A stretch of DNA of 64,000 nt from Bacteroidota bacterium (lineage in GTDB: Bacteria > Bacteroidota > Ignavibacteria > Kapaibacteriales > HRBIN21): contig JAUQPL010000002.1 in NCBI GenBank assembly GCA_030550395.1, forward strand, positions 124,792 through 188,791, written 5' to 3'. Numbering within the stretch: the first letter of the stretch is position 1; each line of letters opens with the position of its first letter. Shown here in pieces: positions 30,490 to 42,399 of this stretch. The translations under genes were made by a program, and so were the position numbers. A model generated the notes under the pieces. The model was not told the origin of the DNA. It saw only the letters and a program-made list of their open reading frames with translations, and made no database searches.

Positions 30490-32729
30490 TGGTCCGCACG
30501 TTGAAGTGGGCTATTGCGATCGGATTCCTTCTCAGCCAGGGACTGGCGCAACCGAGGGCTGTTTTGCAAGGGCAAGTTGTGGAGGCAGGGACACGGCAAC
30601 CGTTGAGTGGGGCAACTGTTCGCCTGGAGGGGACAGTCTTGGGGGCCGTTACAGCCCGCAGTGGGGCTTTCCGCATCACGGGGATCCCACCGGGGGAGTA
30701 CGTGGTAAGTGTTTCTATGGTGGGGTATCAGCGTTTGCAGCAGGTAGTGCGTCTGGGGGCGGGAGATACTCTTCGGTTGGTCGTGGCTTTGGAGCCGAAG
30801 CCGGTAGGGTTTGGGGAAGTGGTGGTAACGGCTGCGAAGCGAGCACAGACGCTGCAAGAGGCACCTGTGAGCATCGCGGTGTTGGAGCCGCAGATGCTGC
30901 AGGAGCGCAGCTTCACTCGGTTGGACGAGGCGCTTCGGACTCTGCCGGGCGTGGTGATTAGCCGGGACCAGGTCAGTATCCGTGGCTCTTCCGGATTCGC
31001 TTTCGGAGTGGGTTCGCGGACACTGCTGTTGGTGGATGGTATCCCGCTGCTGTCAGGGGACGGTGGGGAGCTGAAGTATGATGCTCTGCCGCTTCTGTCG
31101 ATCGGGCGCGTGGAGGTACTCAAAGGGGCGGCGTCGGCACTGTATGGAACAGCGGCGTTAGGGGGAGTGATCAACATCTTGACAGACGAACCTCCGGAAG
31201 AGGCTCGGTATCGATTTCGGCTCTATGGTGGGGTATATGAACGCCCGCGTTTTTCCGAGTGGGATGTTGGTCAACGAGGGCTCTGGGGACTTGACGTCGG
31301 CTATGCTCAGCGGTTCGGATCGGTGGGAGTGATATTCAATGGTGCGACCGTTCGGGATGAGAGTTTCCGCTCTGCTGGGGATTCCTACCGATGGCAGCTT
31401 TTTGGGAAGGTGCGCTGGACCTTGTCACCGAAGGCTGCTGTAACCGCCGTTGGGCACTATGCAGATGATGACCGAGGCAATTGGATTTATTGGGCAAGTC
31501 TGCGCCAGGCGACACGACCCGGAAACCCTGACAGCTCACAGCGCGTGCGCTCTCGGAAGGCAGCATACGCGATGCATTGGCAGCAGTCGTGGACGACCCG
31601 TCTGACGAGCCTGCTCCGCATTGGGATGTACTGGACGGATTTCGCCAATCGGTGGGCTGAAGAAGGGAGCAATACACTCCCACAGTCCTCAGCATATTCG
31701 CTCTCAGCGGAGTGGCAGTGGAATGGGCAGCTTCAGCGGCAGTTCCTTTGGACGGCGGGGATTCAAGGGGTGGGTAACTTTGTGGAGTCCGTGCTGTACG
31801 GCTCTCGTCGTCAACTGATGGGGGCTGTCTACGGGCAATTGGAGCTTGGGACACTGCAGCCGGTCGGGGTTACTGTTGGAGCGCGAGTGGATTGGGAGCG
31901 GACGGAAGGAGCTCCGGCGCAGCCTCCTGAGGTGAGCCCTCGTCTGGGGATTACCTACGCCAGCTGGTTTGGAGTTCAGTTTCGGGCAACGCTCGGGAGA
32001 GCGTTCCGGGCACCGACAGTTGCAGAGCGCTTTGCTGCCGTGCGGGCGGCAGGATTTGTCGTGCGGGCAAATCCTGAGCTGCGCCCCGAGCGGGGATGGA
32101 CAGCGGAAATCGGGGCAATGGATACTCTATGGCTGCCCTTCAGAACATGGCGCCTTCCCCTGTTTGCGGATATCGCTCTGTTTCAGTCGGACTTCTATGA
32201 CTTCGTGGAACCGCGGTTCCAGAGCCGCCAGGAGGAAGTTGTCGTGCAGTTTACGAACCTCACGCGGGCGCGCATCCAGGGGCTGGAACTGACCTTCCGA
32301 ACATGGTTTGGGCCTGCAACAGCATGGTCTCCAATGGGGATATTCCATGTGAACGGCGGTGTGACTTTCCTGGAGCCCCGTGATCGGCGGCGCAACGATT
32401 GGCTTCGCTACCGCTCGCGACGTCTGTCTACCATAAGCTGGGTACTTTCCCTTCCGTGGGGGGAGTTGCAGATGGAGTATCGCTACCAGAGCCGTGTCGA
32501 ACGGGTGGATGAGGAGCTAAAGAACTTAGGGCTTATCAGCAATGCTGACGCTCGGGTGCCGATTCACGTTGTAGATATTCGAGCGACAGTGGAGTTTGCC
32601 CGGTGGCTGGGGGTGCCGCTGGCGTTGACGGTCAATCTGCGTAATGCGCTGGATTACTATTACACCGAGGTTCCGGGGAATTTGGCCTCGCCGCGCCAAC
32701 TGATTCTCCAGCTGTCTGGTGACTGGTGA
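30486..32729 (+). CDS. TonB-dependent outer-membrane receptor with N-terminal carboxypeptidase-regulatory-like domain
   Basis: 747 aa. Signal peptide, then a CarboxypepD_reg-like domain (LQGQVVEAGTRQPLSGATVRLEG), a plug (VSIRGSSG...LLVDGIPL) and a beta-barrel ending ...QLSGDW. Confidence 0.85.
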   Translation: MMVRTLKWAIAIGFLLSQGLAQPRAVLQGQVVEAGTRQPLSGATVRLEGTVLGAVTARSGAFRITGIPPGEYVVSVSMVGYQRLQQVVRLGAGDTLRLVVALEPKPVGFGEVVVTAAKRAQTLQEAPVSIAVLEPQMLQERSFTRLDEALRTLPGVVISRDQVSIRGSSGFAFGVGSRTLLLVDGIPLLSGDGGELKYDALPLLSIGRVEVLKGAASALYGTAALGGVINILTDEPPEEARYRFRLYGGVYERPRFSEWDVGQRGLWGLDVGYAQRFGSVGVIFNGATVRDESFRSAGDSYRWQLFGKVRWTLSPKAAVTAVGHYADDDRGNWIYWASLRQATRPGNPDSSQRVRSRKAAYAMHWQQSWTTRLTSLLRIGMYWTDFANRWAEEGSNTLPQSSAYSLSAEWQWNGQLQRQFLWTAGIQGVGNFVESVLYGSRRQLMGAVYGQLELGTLQPVGVTVGARVDWERTEGAPAQPPEVSPRLGITYASWFGVQFRATLGRAFRAPTVAERFAAVRAAGFVVRANPELRPERGWTAEIGAMDTLWLPFRTWRLPLFADIALFQSDFYDFVEPRFQSRQEEVVVQFTNLTRARIQGLELTFRTWFGPATAWSPMGIFHVNGGVTFLEPRDRRRNDWLRYRSRRLSTISWVLSLPWGELQMEYRYQSRVERVDEELKNLGLISNADARVPIHVVDIRATVEFARWLGVPLALTVNLRNALDYYYTEVPGNLASPRQLILQLSGDW

Positions 32730-33831
32730 GATGCTCTATCGCATTCGGCAAATTGTGTTTTGGGAGTGGAAACAGCAGCTACGGCAGTGGGGATTTGTGC
32801 TGAGCCTCTGGTTACCTCTTGTCATTCTCCTGCTCTTGGGATGGGGGCTTTCCCAGGGGAGGCAGAGGGGGGTGGCGTTCTTAGCTGTCTGGGACGAGAC
32901 TGGACGCTGGATTCGGTGGCTCCAGGAGGTAGCTCCGGCAGCTATTGAACAGCCCTTGGTGCTCTATCCCTTAGTGCCGCAGGATACAGTTGAATGGGAA
33001 CAGGTACTGGAACGGGTCGTCACGGGACAGTGGCTGGGGATCCTGCGTCTTGGCCAGGAGCGCGATAGACTCCAGCTTCAGGTGTGGGGGACAGTAGAGG
33101 GGCTACCGAGGATGCGCGTGATTGTTGCTGCCATAGAGCGGCGAGTTCGGGCTGCAATCGTACAAGGGTTAGGACTTCCCGAGGCTGTCCAGCAGAGCGT
33201 GTTGCTTCCTGTGGCAGTTGCCGAACACTATCTTCCGAGCGGCACTTTCCTTAGTCAGCCTCGGCAGTTGATGGTTCTAACGGGGCTTTTTCTCCTCACC
33301 CATGCCTTGGTTTGGGCGACTCGGGTTATGACAGAGGAACGGCTCTCGCGGGTGGCAGAGCTGCTCTTGAGCGTTGCCTCGGCTGCAGAGATCGTGGGAG
33401 GTAAATTCATTAGCCTTGTCGCTATGGGGATAGGGCAGACGATGGTGTTGGTAGGTGCGTGGTCAGCTCTTGGTATCGTTGACGGTGACCAAGTCCGGGT
33501 CGCAGTGGCGTTGGGTGTGGGATATAGCTTCATGGCAGCCTTAGGGTTGTGGTTGACACTCCGGACCCAAACGGAGGCGCAACTTCATGGAGCTGTGACC
33601 CTACTCCTTTTGGGGCTTTTTACTGGTCCACTCCTGGCAGTGTGGTCTCCTGCGTTACTCCCAGTCCTTATCGCCGTTCCATTGTGGATGCCGTCGGTTG
33701 TTAGTTGGCTTCCGTCGGTGACGGGAACGGATTTCGTGGTGGGAATAGTGATGTCCAGTGGATTGACCGCAGCGCTGCTCTGGGGTGCTGCAGGGAGTGT
33801 ATCGCGACTCTTTGTAGTCCCTGGTCGGTGA
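32719..33831 (+). CDS. ABC-2-type (NatB-like) transporter permease, with no adjacent ATPase
   Basis: 370 aa. One N-terminal TM segment, a roughly 150-aa extracytoplasmic loop and 5-6 C-terminal TM segments. The start overlaps the end of the TonB receptor gene by 11 nt. Confidence 0.55.
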   Translation: MTGEMLYRIRQIVFWEWKQQLRQWGFVLSLWLPLVILLLLGWGLSQGRQRGVAFLAVWDETGRWIRWLQEVAPAAIEQPLVLYPLVPQDTVEWEQVLERVVTGQWLGILRLGQERDRLQLQVWGTVEGLPRMRVIVAAIERRVRAAIVQGLGLPEAVQQSVLLPVAVAEHYLPSGTFLSQPRQLMVLTGLFLLTHALVWATRVMTEERLSRVAELLLSVASAAEIVGGKFISLVAMGIGQTMVLVGAWSALGIVDGDQVRVAVALGVGYSFMAALGLWLTLRTQTEAQLHGAVTLLLLGLFTGPLLAVWSPALLPVLIAVPLWMPSVVSWLPSVTGTDFVVGIVMSSGLTAALLWGAAGSVSRLFVVPGR

Positions 33832-33835
33832 TCTC

Positions 33836-34144
33836 ATGGAGAAAGAGCCACAGCGGTTACGAGAATTGATTGAACAATTCTTGACCGAGCAGGGGTTGGG
33901 GGAGGTACAAGTAGTGGCACAATTACCGCAGCTGTGGTCAGAGCTGGTTGGAGGTCCGGCGGCACGGGCGAGCCGCATCTGCAGCTTTGCCAACGGGGAG
34001 CTGGTTGTGGAGGTCTCTGTCCCTGCATGGTACACGGAGCTTCATCTCCGTGGTGAGGAGCTCCGGAAACGGCTCAATGAGCGGCTAGGACGGGAACTTG
34101 TGCGGCGGCTCGTTATCCGATATGGTTCCGATAGACGTCTATAA
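33836..34144 (+). CDS. DUF721/DciA-like protein
   Basis: 102 aa. Contains WSELVGGPAARASRICSFANGELVVEVSVPAWYTELHLRGEELRKRLNERLG. It sits in the typical position immediately upstream of gyrB. Confidence 0.65.
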   Translation: MEKEPQRLRELIEQFLTEQGLGEVQVVAQLPQLWSELVGGPAARASRICSFANGELVVEVSVPAWYTELHLRGEELRKRLNERLGRELVRRLVIRYGSDRRL

Positions 34145-36139
<1,995 letters not shown>

Positions 36140-36144
36140 TACCG

Positions 36145-36984
36145 ATGGAAAGCTCTCTCTGGGGCCAACTGCAGCAGTGGATTCGGCTTCGACGCCAGTT
36201 GCTGGGAGAGCGTGCTTACGGGGCGCCGTCTCTAGCGCAAGCGGTAGCGGCTCCTGCTCCGTCTCCTGCAGAAGCGGAGCAACGGGTGAATCTTTCCGTT
36301 AATCCTAATCCGACAAGGGGTGAGACGGTTTTGCCAAGCCTCAATCGTCCGCGCTTCCGTATGCCAGAGATGGGGGGACACGACCTCTTTGATACCCCGC
36401 CGGAGTGGTTGCAGAGTCAGAATCTGGGCGAACTATACGAGCGAATCCACACATGCACGGCATGTCCCCTGGGGCTGACGCGGACGCATTTTGTCTTCGG
36501 CGTTGGCAATCCCCGTGCGGATATCGTCGTTATTGGCGAAGCTCCGGGGGCGGAGGAAGATGCTCGTGGAGAGCCCTTCGTTGGTGCTGCTGGGCAATTG
36601 CTCAATCGGATGCTGCAGGCAATTGATTTGCGGCGGGAGGAGGTCTACATTTGCAACATTCTCAAGTGTCGTCCTCCCGGCAATCGGCGTCCTACGCCGC
36701 AGGAGATTGCCACGTGCCGTCCGTACTTGTGGAAGCAGTTAGAGCTGATTCAGCCTGCCTTCATCCTTGCTCTGGGAGCCACGGCAGCAACGGCGCTGCT
36801 AGGGAAGGAGTTCAAGATTACAGAGCTTCGGGGGCGTCCAATCCCGTTTCAGGGGATGGTAATGGTGGTGACATACCATCCGGCGGCGTTGTTGCGGAAT
36901 CCGCAGTGGAAGCGTCCGGCGTGGGAGGATTTACAGCTTTTGCAGCGCCTCTATCGTGCTTATCGGGTGCAGAGCGGACAATAG
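36145..36984 (+). CDS. Family-4 uracil-DNA glycosylase (with N-terminal extension of about 95 aa)
   Basis: Contains [39 protein letters not shown] and [11 protein letters not shown]. Confidence 0.85.
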   Translation: MESSLWGQLQQWIRLRRQLLGERAYGAPSLAQAVAAPAPSPAEAEQRVNLSVNPNPTRGETVLPSLNRPRFRMPEMGGHDLFDTPPEWLQSQNLGELYERIHTCTACPLGLTRTHFVFGVGNPRADIVVIGEAPGAEEDARGEPFVGAAGQLLNRMLQAIDLRREEVYICNILKCRPPGNRRPTPQEIATCRPYLWKQLELIQPAFILALGATAATALLGKEFKITELRGRPIPFQGMVMVVTYHPAALLRNPQWKRPAWEDLQLLQRLYRAYRVQSGQ

Positions 36985-36987
36985 CGA

Positions 36988-37926
36988 ATGCGGCGTTGGC
37001 TTCACCTAGGGGAGCGGTTTCTGATTGGGATACTCCGAGCGGTGATACCTCTGCTGCGCTTTGTCCCATGGAGATTCTATCGCGTTCTGGGATGGTTTTG
37101 GGGTCGGCTCTGGTGGTGGGCTGATGCAGACCGACGGAGGACTACGGTGGAGAATCTCCGGCGGGCTTTTCCGGATCGGACATCGTCGTGGCATTGGCAC
37201 ATTGCTCGGCGCTGTTACACGAACGCCGGGATCGTACTGACCGAGGTATTGAGCCTTGCGTGGTTAGAGGAGGAGGAATTCAGCAAGCGACTGCAGTTTC
37301 TCAACCCTGAGCTCTTTGCGGAGTGCGCTGCTCGTGGACGTGGATTGTTGCTGCTTTCGGCGCATTATGGCAATTGGGAGTGGTTGGCATGTGCTGCGGG
37401 GTTGGCATTGCGTCCTTTGGGCATCCCTGTCACGGTTATCGTCAAGCAGCAGCGGGATCCGGCGGTCAATCGTTGGCTAAGCCATTTCCGTACCCGTTGG
37501 GGGAATCGACTCGTTGAGCTTGAGCAAGCCCCGTGGGCAATTGTTCGGGCACTGCACCGACGGGAAGCGGTTGCATTCCTTGCCGATCAACGGGCGGCGC
37601 CGGAAAGCGCCCTATGGCTTCCCTTCTTCGGGGCAGAGGTGCCTGTTCACACCTTCCCGGCGGCGGTGGCATTACGCTTCCGGGTGCCAATCATCTTAGG
37701 TTTTGCATTGCGCCAACCAGATGGGCGCTACGTTGTGCCGTTGGAGGAGCTGCCCGCTATGGATTTGCCGGACACTGCAGAGGGGGTACGGGAACTGACG
37801 GCGCGCTATCTGCGGCGTTTAGAAGCGCTGATCACCCAACGTCCAGAGCTCTGGCTCTGGCAGCATCGTCGGTGGAAGTATAGCCGTCCTCTACTGCATG
37901 CCACGCCGTTGCCTACGGCTTCGTGA
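36988..37926 (+). CDS. Lipid A biosynthesis (LpxL/HtrB-family) lysophospholipid/late acyltransferase
   Basis: 312 aa. N-terminal membrane anchor and the HX4E motif SAHYGNWEW typical of the family. Confidence 0.75.
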   Translation: MRRWLHLGERFLIGILRAVIPLLRFVPWRFYRVLGWFWGRLWWWADADRRRTTVENLRRAFPDRTSSWHWHIARRCYTNAGIVLTEVLSLAWLEEEEFSKRLQFLNPELFAECAARGRGLLLLSAHYGNWEWLACAAGLALRPLGIPVTVIVKQQRDPAVNRWLSHFRTRWGNRLVELEQAPWAIVRALHRREAVAFLADQRAAPESALWLPFFGAEVPVHTFPAAVALRFRVPIILGFALRQPDGRYVVPLEELPAMDLPDTAEGVRELTARYLRRLEALITQRPELWLWQHRRWKYSRPLLHATPLPTAS

Positions 37927-38956
37927 TTTCTACCGAATTGCTATCGTGCAGATGGCATATCTGGGGGATGTTGCCTTGACGTTGCCCTTGGCGGAGGCCC
38001 TACGGCAGATTCACCCGGAAGCACGTCGAGCTCTTGTTGTCATCCCTGCTGCAGCTCCGTTGGCTGCTTGTGCGGAGGCGGTGGATGAGGTGATTGTCTA
38101 CGACAAGCGTGGAGTGGATGCGGGTTTTGGGGGATTACGCCGCTGTGCGCAACGGCTCCGCCAATGGGGAGCAGAGCTTCTCCTTGTCCTCCACCGCTCT
38201 CTGCGGACGGCGTTGCTGGCGCGGTGGAGTTCACCGCAATGTGCCATTGGTAGTAGCCGAAGTGCTTTGCCGTGGGTCTACGCGCTACGGATTCCCTACG
38301 GATGGCATTTGCACGAGGTAGAGCGGAATCTGTCCTTTTTGAGTGTTTTCGCCGAGGTTGGGGAGCAGTGGCGTGCTTTTGCCAATGTTTCCGTTCGCCT
38401 CCGTCCATTGGGTGAGGCGGAGCAGCAGGTGGAGCGGCTGTTGCAGAGCCTAGGAATTAGGCAGATGGCGCCACTTGTTGTGCTTGCGCCAGGTTCGGCA
38501 TGGCAGACGAAGCGGTGGAGTCCGCGCCACTATGCTACTTTGGCGCGGCAGCTCCGCGCCGAAGGATGCTCAGTTGTTGTGACGGGAGCTTTAGCGGAGA
38601 AGGCATTATGCGAGGAGATTGCCCGCTTAGCTGAGGTTCCTTCCCTTGCCGGACGCTTAGAGATTCCAGAGCTTTTAGCGTTATTCCGGCGGACAGCTTG
38701 TGTTGTGTGTAACGACAGTGCTCCGATTCATCTGGCGGAGTTAGTGGGGACTCCGGTTGTCGCTCTCTTTGGTCCCACGATTCCCGAATTTGGTTTTGCT
38801 CCGCGGCTACCACGCTCATGTGTTATAGGGCGTTCCCTTCCTTGCCGTCCCTGCTCGATTCACGGAGGGCGACGCTGTCCGCTGGGGACGCATGCGTGTT
38901 TGGAGGGAATTCTTCCGCAAGAGGTTTTGCCTCAGGTACTTGCCCGGCTCCGATAA
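37898..38956 (+). CDS. Family-9 glycosyltransferase (LPS heptosyltransferase-like)
   Basis: 352 aa. Contains YLGDVALTLPLAEAL, KRWSPRHYATLARQL and NDSAPIHLAELVGTPVVALFGPT. Confidence 0.8.
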   Translation: MPRRCLRLRDFYRIAIVQMAYLGDVALTLPLAEALRQIHPEARRALVVIPAAAPLAACAEAVDEVIVYDKRGVDAGFGGLRRCAQRLRQWGAELLLVLHRSLRTALLARWSSPQCAIGSSRSALPWVYALRIPYGWHLHEVERNLSFLSVFAEVGEQWRAFANVSVRLRPLGEAEQQVERLLQSLGIRQMAPLVVLAPGSAWQTKRWSPRHYATLARQLRAEGCSVVVTGALAEKALCEEIARLAEVPSLAGRLEIPELLALFRRTACVVCNDSAPIHLAELVGTPVVALFGPTIPEFGFAPRLPRSCVIGRSLPCRPCSIHGGRRCPLGTHACLEGILPQEVLPQVLARLR

Positions 38957-39010
38957 TGACGGAGTCCCCTGTGCGTCTTTTTTGAAAGTTTCCTGTAGGA
39001 GAGCACTTTC

Positions 39011-39763
39011 ATGGCGCAGTCGCAACGTCGGGAGACGTCGGCGCAGCAGGCGGAGGGGACCCGCATTAACAAGTTCCTTGCCGATGCAGGGATTGCTTCG
39101 CGGCGCAAAGCCGATGAGCTCATCCGCCAGGGGCGGGTCAAGGTCAATGGTAAGCCCGCCACTATTGGCATGCGGGTCTTCCCCTGGGATGAAGTCACTG
39201 TAGACGGTAACCGAGTCCGGTCTTACCGGCGCTTGGTGTACATTCTACTGCACAAACCCAAGGACTACCTCTGCACGGTACGGGATGAGAAGGGGCGTAA
39301 GACAGTGCTACAGCTTGTGCGGACGAAGGAGCGGGTTTATCCCGTGGGCCGTTTAGAGCGGAATGCAACGGGGGCGCTCCTGCTGACAAACGATGGGGAG
39401 TTGGCAAATCGGCTGATGCACCCTCGCTATCGGGTTCCACGGGTCTATACAGTTACCTTGGACCGTCCTGTGCGCCCGGAACACATGCGGGCGTTGACGG
39501 AGGGAGTGAAGCTGCGGGACGGCGTATTCAAAGCTGTGGCGGTGGAACCGGATATTCAGAATCGGCGCCGTGTGTATGTAGAGCTCGTTGGTCAGGACCG
39601 ATTTTTGCACCGAGCGTTTGCGAAGTTGGGATACCGAGTGCTGAAGCTCCACCGCCGTGCCTTTGCATTCTTGACGTGTCAAGGGCTGTCACGGGGACAA
39701 GCTCGCCATCTGACAGCACAGGAGATTACAGCACTGCGGGCACTGGTGAATTTGGAACCCTGA
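39011..39763 (+). CDS. RsuA/RluB-family 23S/16S rRNA pseudouridine synthase (catalytic Asp position is Glu)
   Basis: 250 aa. S4 domain (RINKFLADAGIASRRKADELIRQGRVKVNG). The family signature reads GRLERNATGALLLTNDGE where GRLD... is expected. Confidence 0.8.
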   Translation: MAQSQRRETSAQQAEGTRINKFLADAGIASRRKADELIRQGRVKVNGKPATIGMRVFPWDEVTVDGNRVRSYRRLVYILLHKPKDYLCTVRDEKGRKTVLQLVRTKERVYPVGRLERNATGALLLTNDGELANRLMHPRYRVPRVYTVTLDRPVRPEHMRALTEGVKLRDGVFKAVAVEPDIQNRRRVYVELVGQDRFLHRAFAKLGYRVLKLHRRAFAFLTCQGLSRGQARHLTAQEITALRALVNLEP

Positions 39764-40866
39764 TGTCGTACCGCATTTTTATCGTGGCCGGGGATCCCTC
39801 GGGCGAGCGATATGCTGCACGGCTTATGGCAGCATGGCGGAAACTAGAGCCCGAGGTAGAGTTCCTGGGTATCGGTGGGGCACGGATGGAGGCAGAGGGA
39901 TTGCGCTCTTTGGTGCCGTTCCAATCTGTGAATGTGGTTGGCTTCTGGGAAGTAGCTCGCCAGTATCGCTTTTTCCGTCGACTCTTGCAGCGGTGTGAAG
40001 AAGCTCTCTGTGACTATCGGGTACGGGCTGTTGTCCTGGTGGATTATCCCGGTTTCAACCTGCAATTGGCACGGCGGGCAGCCCGTCGGGGAATTCCCGT
40101 ATACTACTACATTGCTCCGCAGACCTGGGCGTGGGGAAAGTGGCGGCTGCAGACACTGGCTGAGGTAGTCACTTTATTGGTGGTTGCCTTTCCCTTTGAA
40201 GTGGAGCTTTTCCAGCGAGCAGGAGTCCGCTGCACCTTCGTTGGACATCCGCTCATGGATGAGCCACAGCTTGCTAATCCGCCGCAATCTTTGGACAAGC
40301 GACCATTCCAGATAGCGTTTCTGCCAGGGAGCCGACCGCTGGAGCTGCAGCGGCATCTTCCCCTCCTGCGGCAGACGATAGCGATCCTGCGACGCGCAAT
40401 GCCGCATGCCACCTTTTCTGTGGCGCTCCCGCCGGCCATGAGCCCTCGGTGGGCATTCCAAAGTGAGCTTTGGGAATACCAGCCCGACCCTTATGCCCTT
40501 TTGGCAAACAGCCGTGCTGGCTTGGTAAAGGTGGGGACCTCCACTCTGGAGGCGGCACTCTGCGGTATGCCATTTGCAGCCTTTTACCGCACGTCGTGGC
40601 TGTCGTATGGGATTGCACGGATGCTTGTTCGGCTCCCTTCGGCGGTCCTGGTGAATTTACTTTTGCAGAAGCCCATTGTGCCGGAGTTCCTGCAGCATCA
40701 GGCACGTCCGGCAGTATTAGCACGAGCACTCCTCTGCCTTCTGGAGACGGAGGTTGCTCAACAGCAGTGGGAAGGATTTCAGGAATTGCGCTCGCTGTTA
40801 GGAAAGCCGGGAGTTGCCGAGCGGGCAGCAGAGCTGTTTGTCACGGAGCTTGCTGAGCGTCGGTAG
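39763..40866 (+). CDS. lpxB: Lipid-A-disaccharide synthase
   Basis: Contains MSYRIFIVAGDPSGERYAARLM and GTSTLEAALCGMP. The ATG overlaps the upstream stop (TGATG). The ORF-track start at 39676 is rejected. Confidence 0.9.
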   Translation: MSYRIFIVAGDPSGERYAARLMAAWRKLEPEVEFLGIGGARMEAEGLRSLVPFQSVNVVGFWEVARQYRFFRRLLQRCEEALCDYRVRAVVLVDYPGFNLQLARRAARRGIPVYYYIAPQTWAWGKWRLQTLAEVVTLLVVAFPFEVELFQRAGVRCTFVGHPLMDEPQLANPPQSLDKRPFQIAFLPGSRPLELQRHLPLLRQTIAILRRAMPHATFSVALPPAMSPRWAFQSELWEYQPDPYALLANSRAGLVKVGTSTLEAALCGMPFAAFYRTSWLSYGIARMLVRLPSAVLVNLLLQKPIVPEFLQHQARPAVLARALLCLLETEVAQQQWEGFQELRSLLGKPGVAERAAELFVTELAERR

Positions 40867-40912
40867 AGATTCCTTCGCCGTTTGCTGCCCTGGGCTCTAC
40901 GGTCGGCTTGTC

Positions 40913-41698
40913 TTAAAAGTCCTTGCGAACAAAACTGCGGAGGGCAAGGATAATCGGGAGCAAAGTCCAAAGGAGGAGAGCTGTGGCCGTTAACAGAATA
41001 CCGATGGTGCTTCCAGCAAACTTCTGGAGCAGTGCTCCGGTATACCCCAAAAGGGCTGCTGTATCCAGCTGGAGCAGGGTTGCAACACGCACCAAATCTA
41101 TAGGGTTTAGGAACATCAGGCCCAGAAGAGCATGCTCAACCGGATAGTTATGCAGTACGACTCCCATCAGAAGAACGAGGGCGTCGTAGAGCACTGCCAA
41201 GGTAAACCAGAGGGCGAAGGATAAGCCGACGGCGCGTAGGCGTTCTTCCCACCACAGGGCGAAAGCCATTCCAAATCCAGCCCCGACCAGGGTTAGCAGT
41301 GCACTCCCGAAAGCTAGAGTTGCGTATAATCCCCATTGCTGATGAATCAGCATCAGCCAAGGGATGCCGATGCTGATAGGGACAGCCAGGGTCAGCGGAA
41401 GTGTCATGCCAATGAAGGTTCCCCAAAACAGCTCATAGCGCTGCATGGGTTGAGCTAGCATAAGCTCCAGGAATTCCCGTGCTTGGCTGATACCCAAAAC
41501 GCCGTATAGGAGAGCGATCAGTGGGACCAGAAGCAGTACGATGTTAAGGAGGCTGATGACGACATGTTCCGCTGTGCCTCCGAACCAGAAGAGGAGAGCG
41601 GTCAGGATAAGGAGAACCGTGCTGTAGAAGAGAAGCCAACGGCTTCGGAGAGCATGGCGCAGCTGGAAGTCCAGGATGACGCGGATGGCGCTTGTCAT
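40913..41698 (-). CDS. nosY: Nitrous-oxide reductase maturation ABC-2 permease NosY
   Basis: 261-aa 6-TM ABC-2 permease. The ATG overlaps the nosF stop. It is the last gene of the nos cluster. Confidence 0.8.
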   Translation of the reverse strand: MTSAIRVILDFQLRHALRSRWLLFYSTVLLILTALLFWFGGTAEHVVISLLNIVLLLVPLIALLYGVLGISQAREFLELMLAQPMQRYELFWGTFIGMTLPLTLAVPISIGIPWLMLIHQQWGLYATLAFGSALLTLVGAGFGMAFALWWEERLRAVGLSFALWFTLAVLYDALVLLMGVVLHNYPVEHALLGLMFLNPIDLVRVATLLQLDTAALLGYTGALLQKFAGSTIGILLTATALLLWTLLPIILALRSFVRKDF

Positions 41699-42399
41699 CG
41701 CTGCTGAAGCCGCAAAAGGATTGCTTCATCAAAGTGCCGACTGTTTGTCGAAGCGAAGAGCTCGGCCACCGTTTCGCGGAAGGCGATCTTCCCTTCCAGC
41801 AGGAAGAGTACTTCGTCGCAGAGTTCGGGGACATCGCCGAGAGTATGGGTAGTCATCAAAATCGTGCAGCCGCGAGCACGGCGCTGTTGGATTTCATCTT
41901 TGAGCACTCTCAGAGCAAGCGGATCTAAGCCCGCTGTAGGCTCGTCTAAAACAAAGATGTCCGCTTCTACCATGAAGGCCAAGACAGCGCTGAGTTTTTG
42001 TCGTGTCCCTCCGGAAAGGGCGCGAATAGGCTTTTTCAGCTCTGTCTCCAGCCGGAAGCGCTCAATGTAAGGTGCCTCAATTGGGGCAGCGATTGCCCGG
42101 ACGCGTTTGACCAGCTCGATGACTTCAGCGACCTGGAGATTTTCCGGAAAGTGGGGGTGCTGCGGCATATAGCCAATACGGTGCCGGTAGAGGGGGGAAT
42201 CGGTGATAGGGACGCCATTGACCAGGATTGTCCCCTCGTCGGGGCGGGTTAGACCCAGAAGGCACTTGAGGAGAGTGGTCTTCCCCGAGGCATTGGGTCC
42301 TAAGATTGCAACACTGCTTCCTGGCGATAAAGCCAGGGAGATGCCGCGCAGCACAGTATTCTTACCGAAGCGCTTCGTGAGGTTCCGGAACTCTATCAT
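41695..42399 (-). CDS. nosF: Nitrous-oxide reductase maturation ABC ATPase NosF
   Basis: Walker A GPNASGKTTLL, ABC signature LSGGTRQKL and Walker B IFVLDEPTAGLD. The start at MIEFRNL overlaps the nosD stop (ATGA). Confidence 0.85.
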   Translation of the reverse strand: MIEFRNLTKRFGKNTVLRGISLALSPGSSVAILGPNASGKTTLLKCLLGLTRPDEGTILVNGVPITDSPLYRHRIGYMPQHPHFPENLQVAEVIELVKRVRAIAAPIEAPYIERFRLETELKKPIRALSGGTRQKLSAVLAFMVEADIFVLDEPTAGLDPLALRVLKDEIQQRRARGCTILMTTHTLGDVPELCDEVLFLLEGKIAFRETVAELFASTNSRHFDEAILLRLQQR

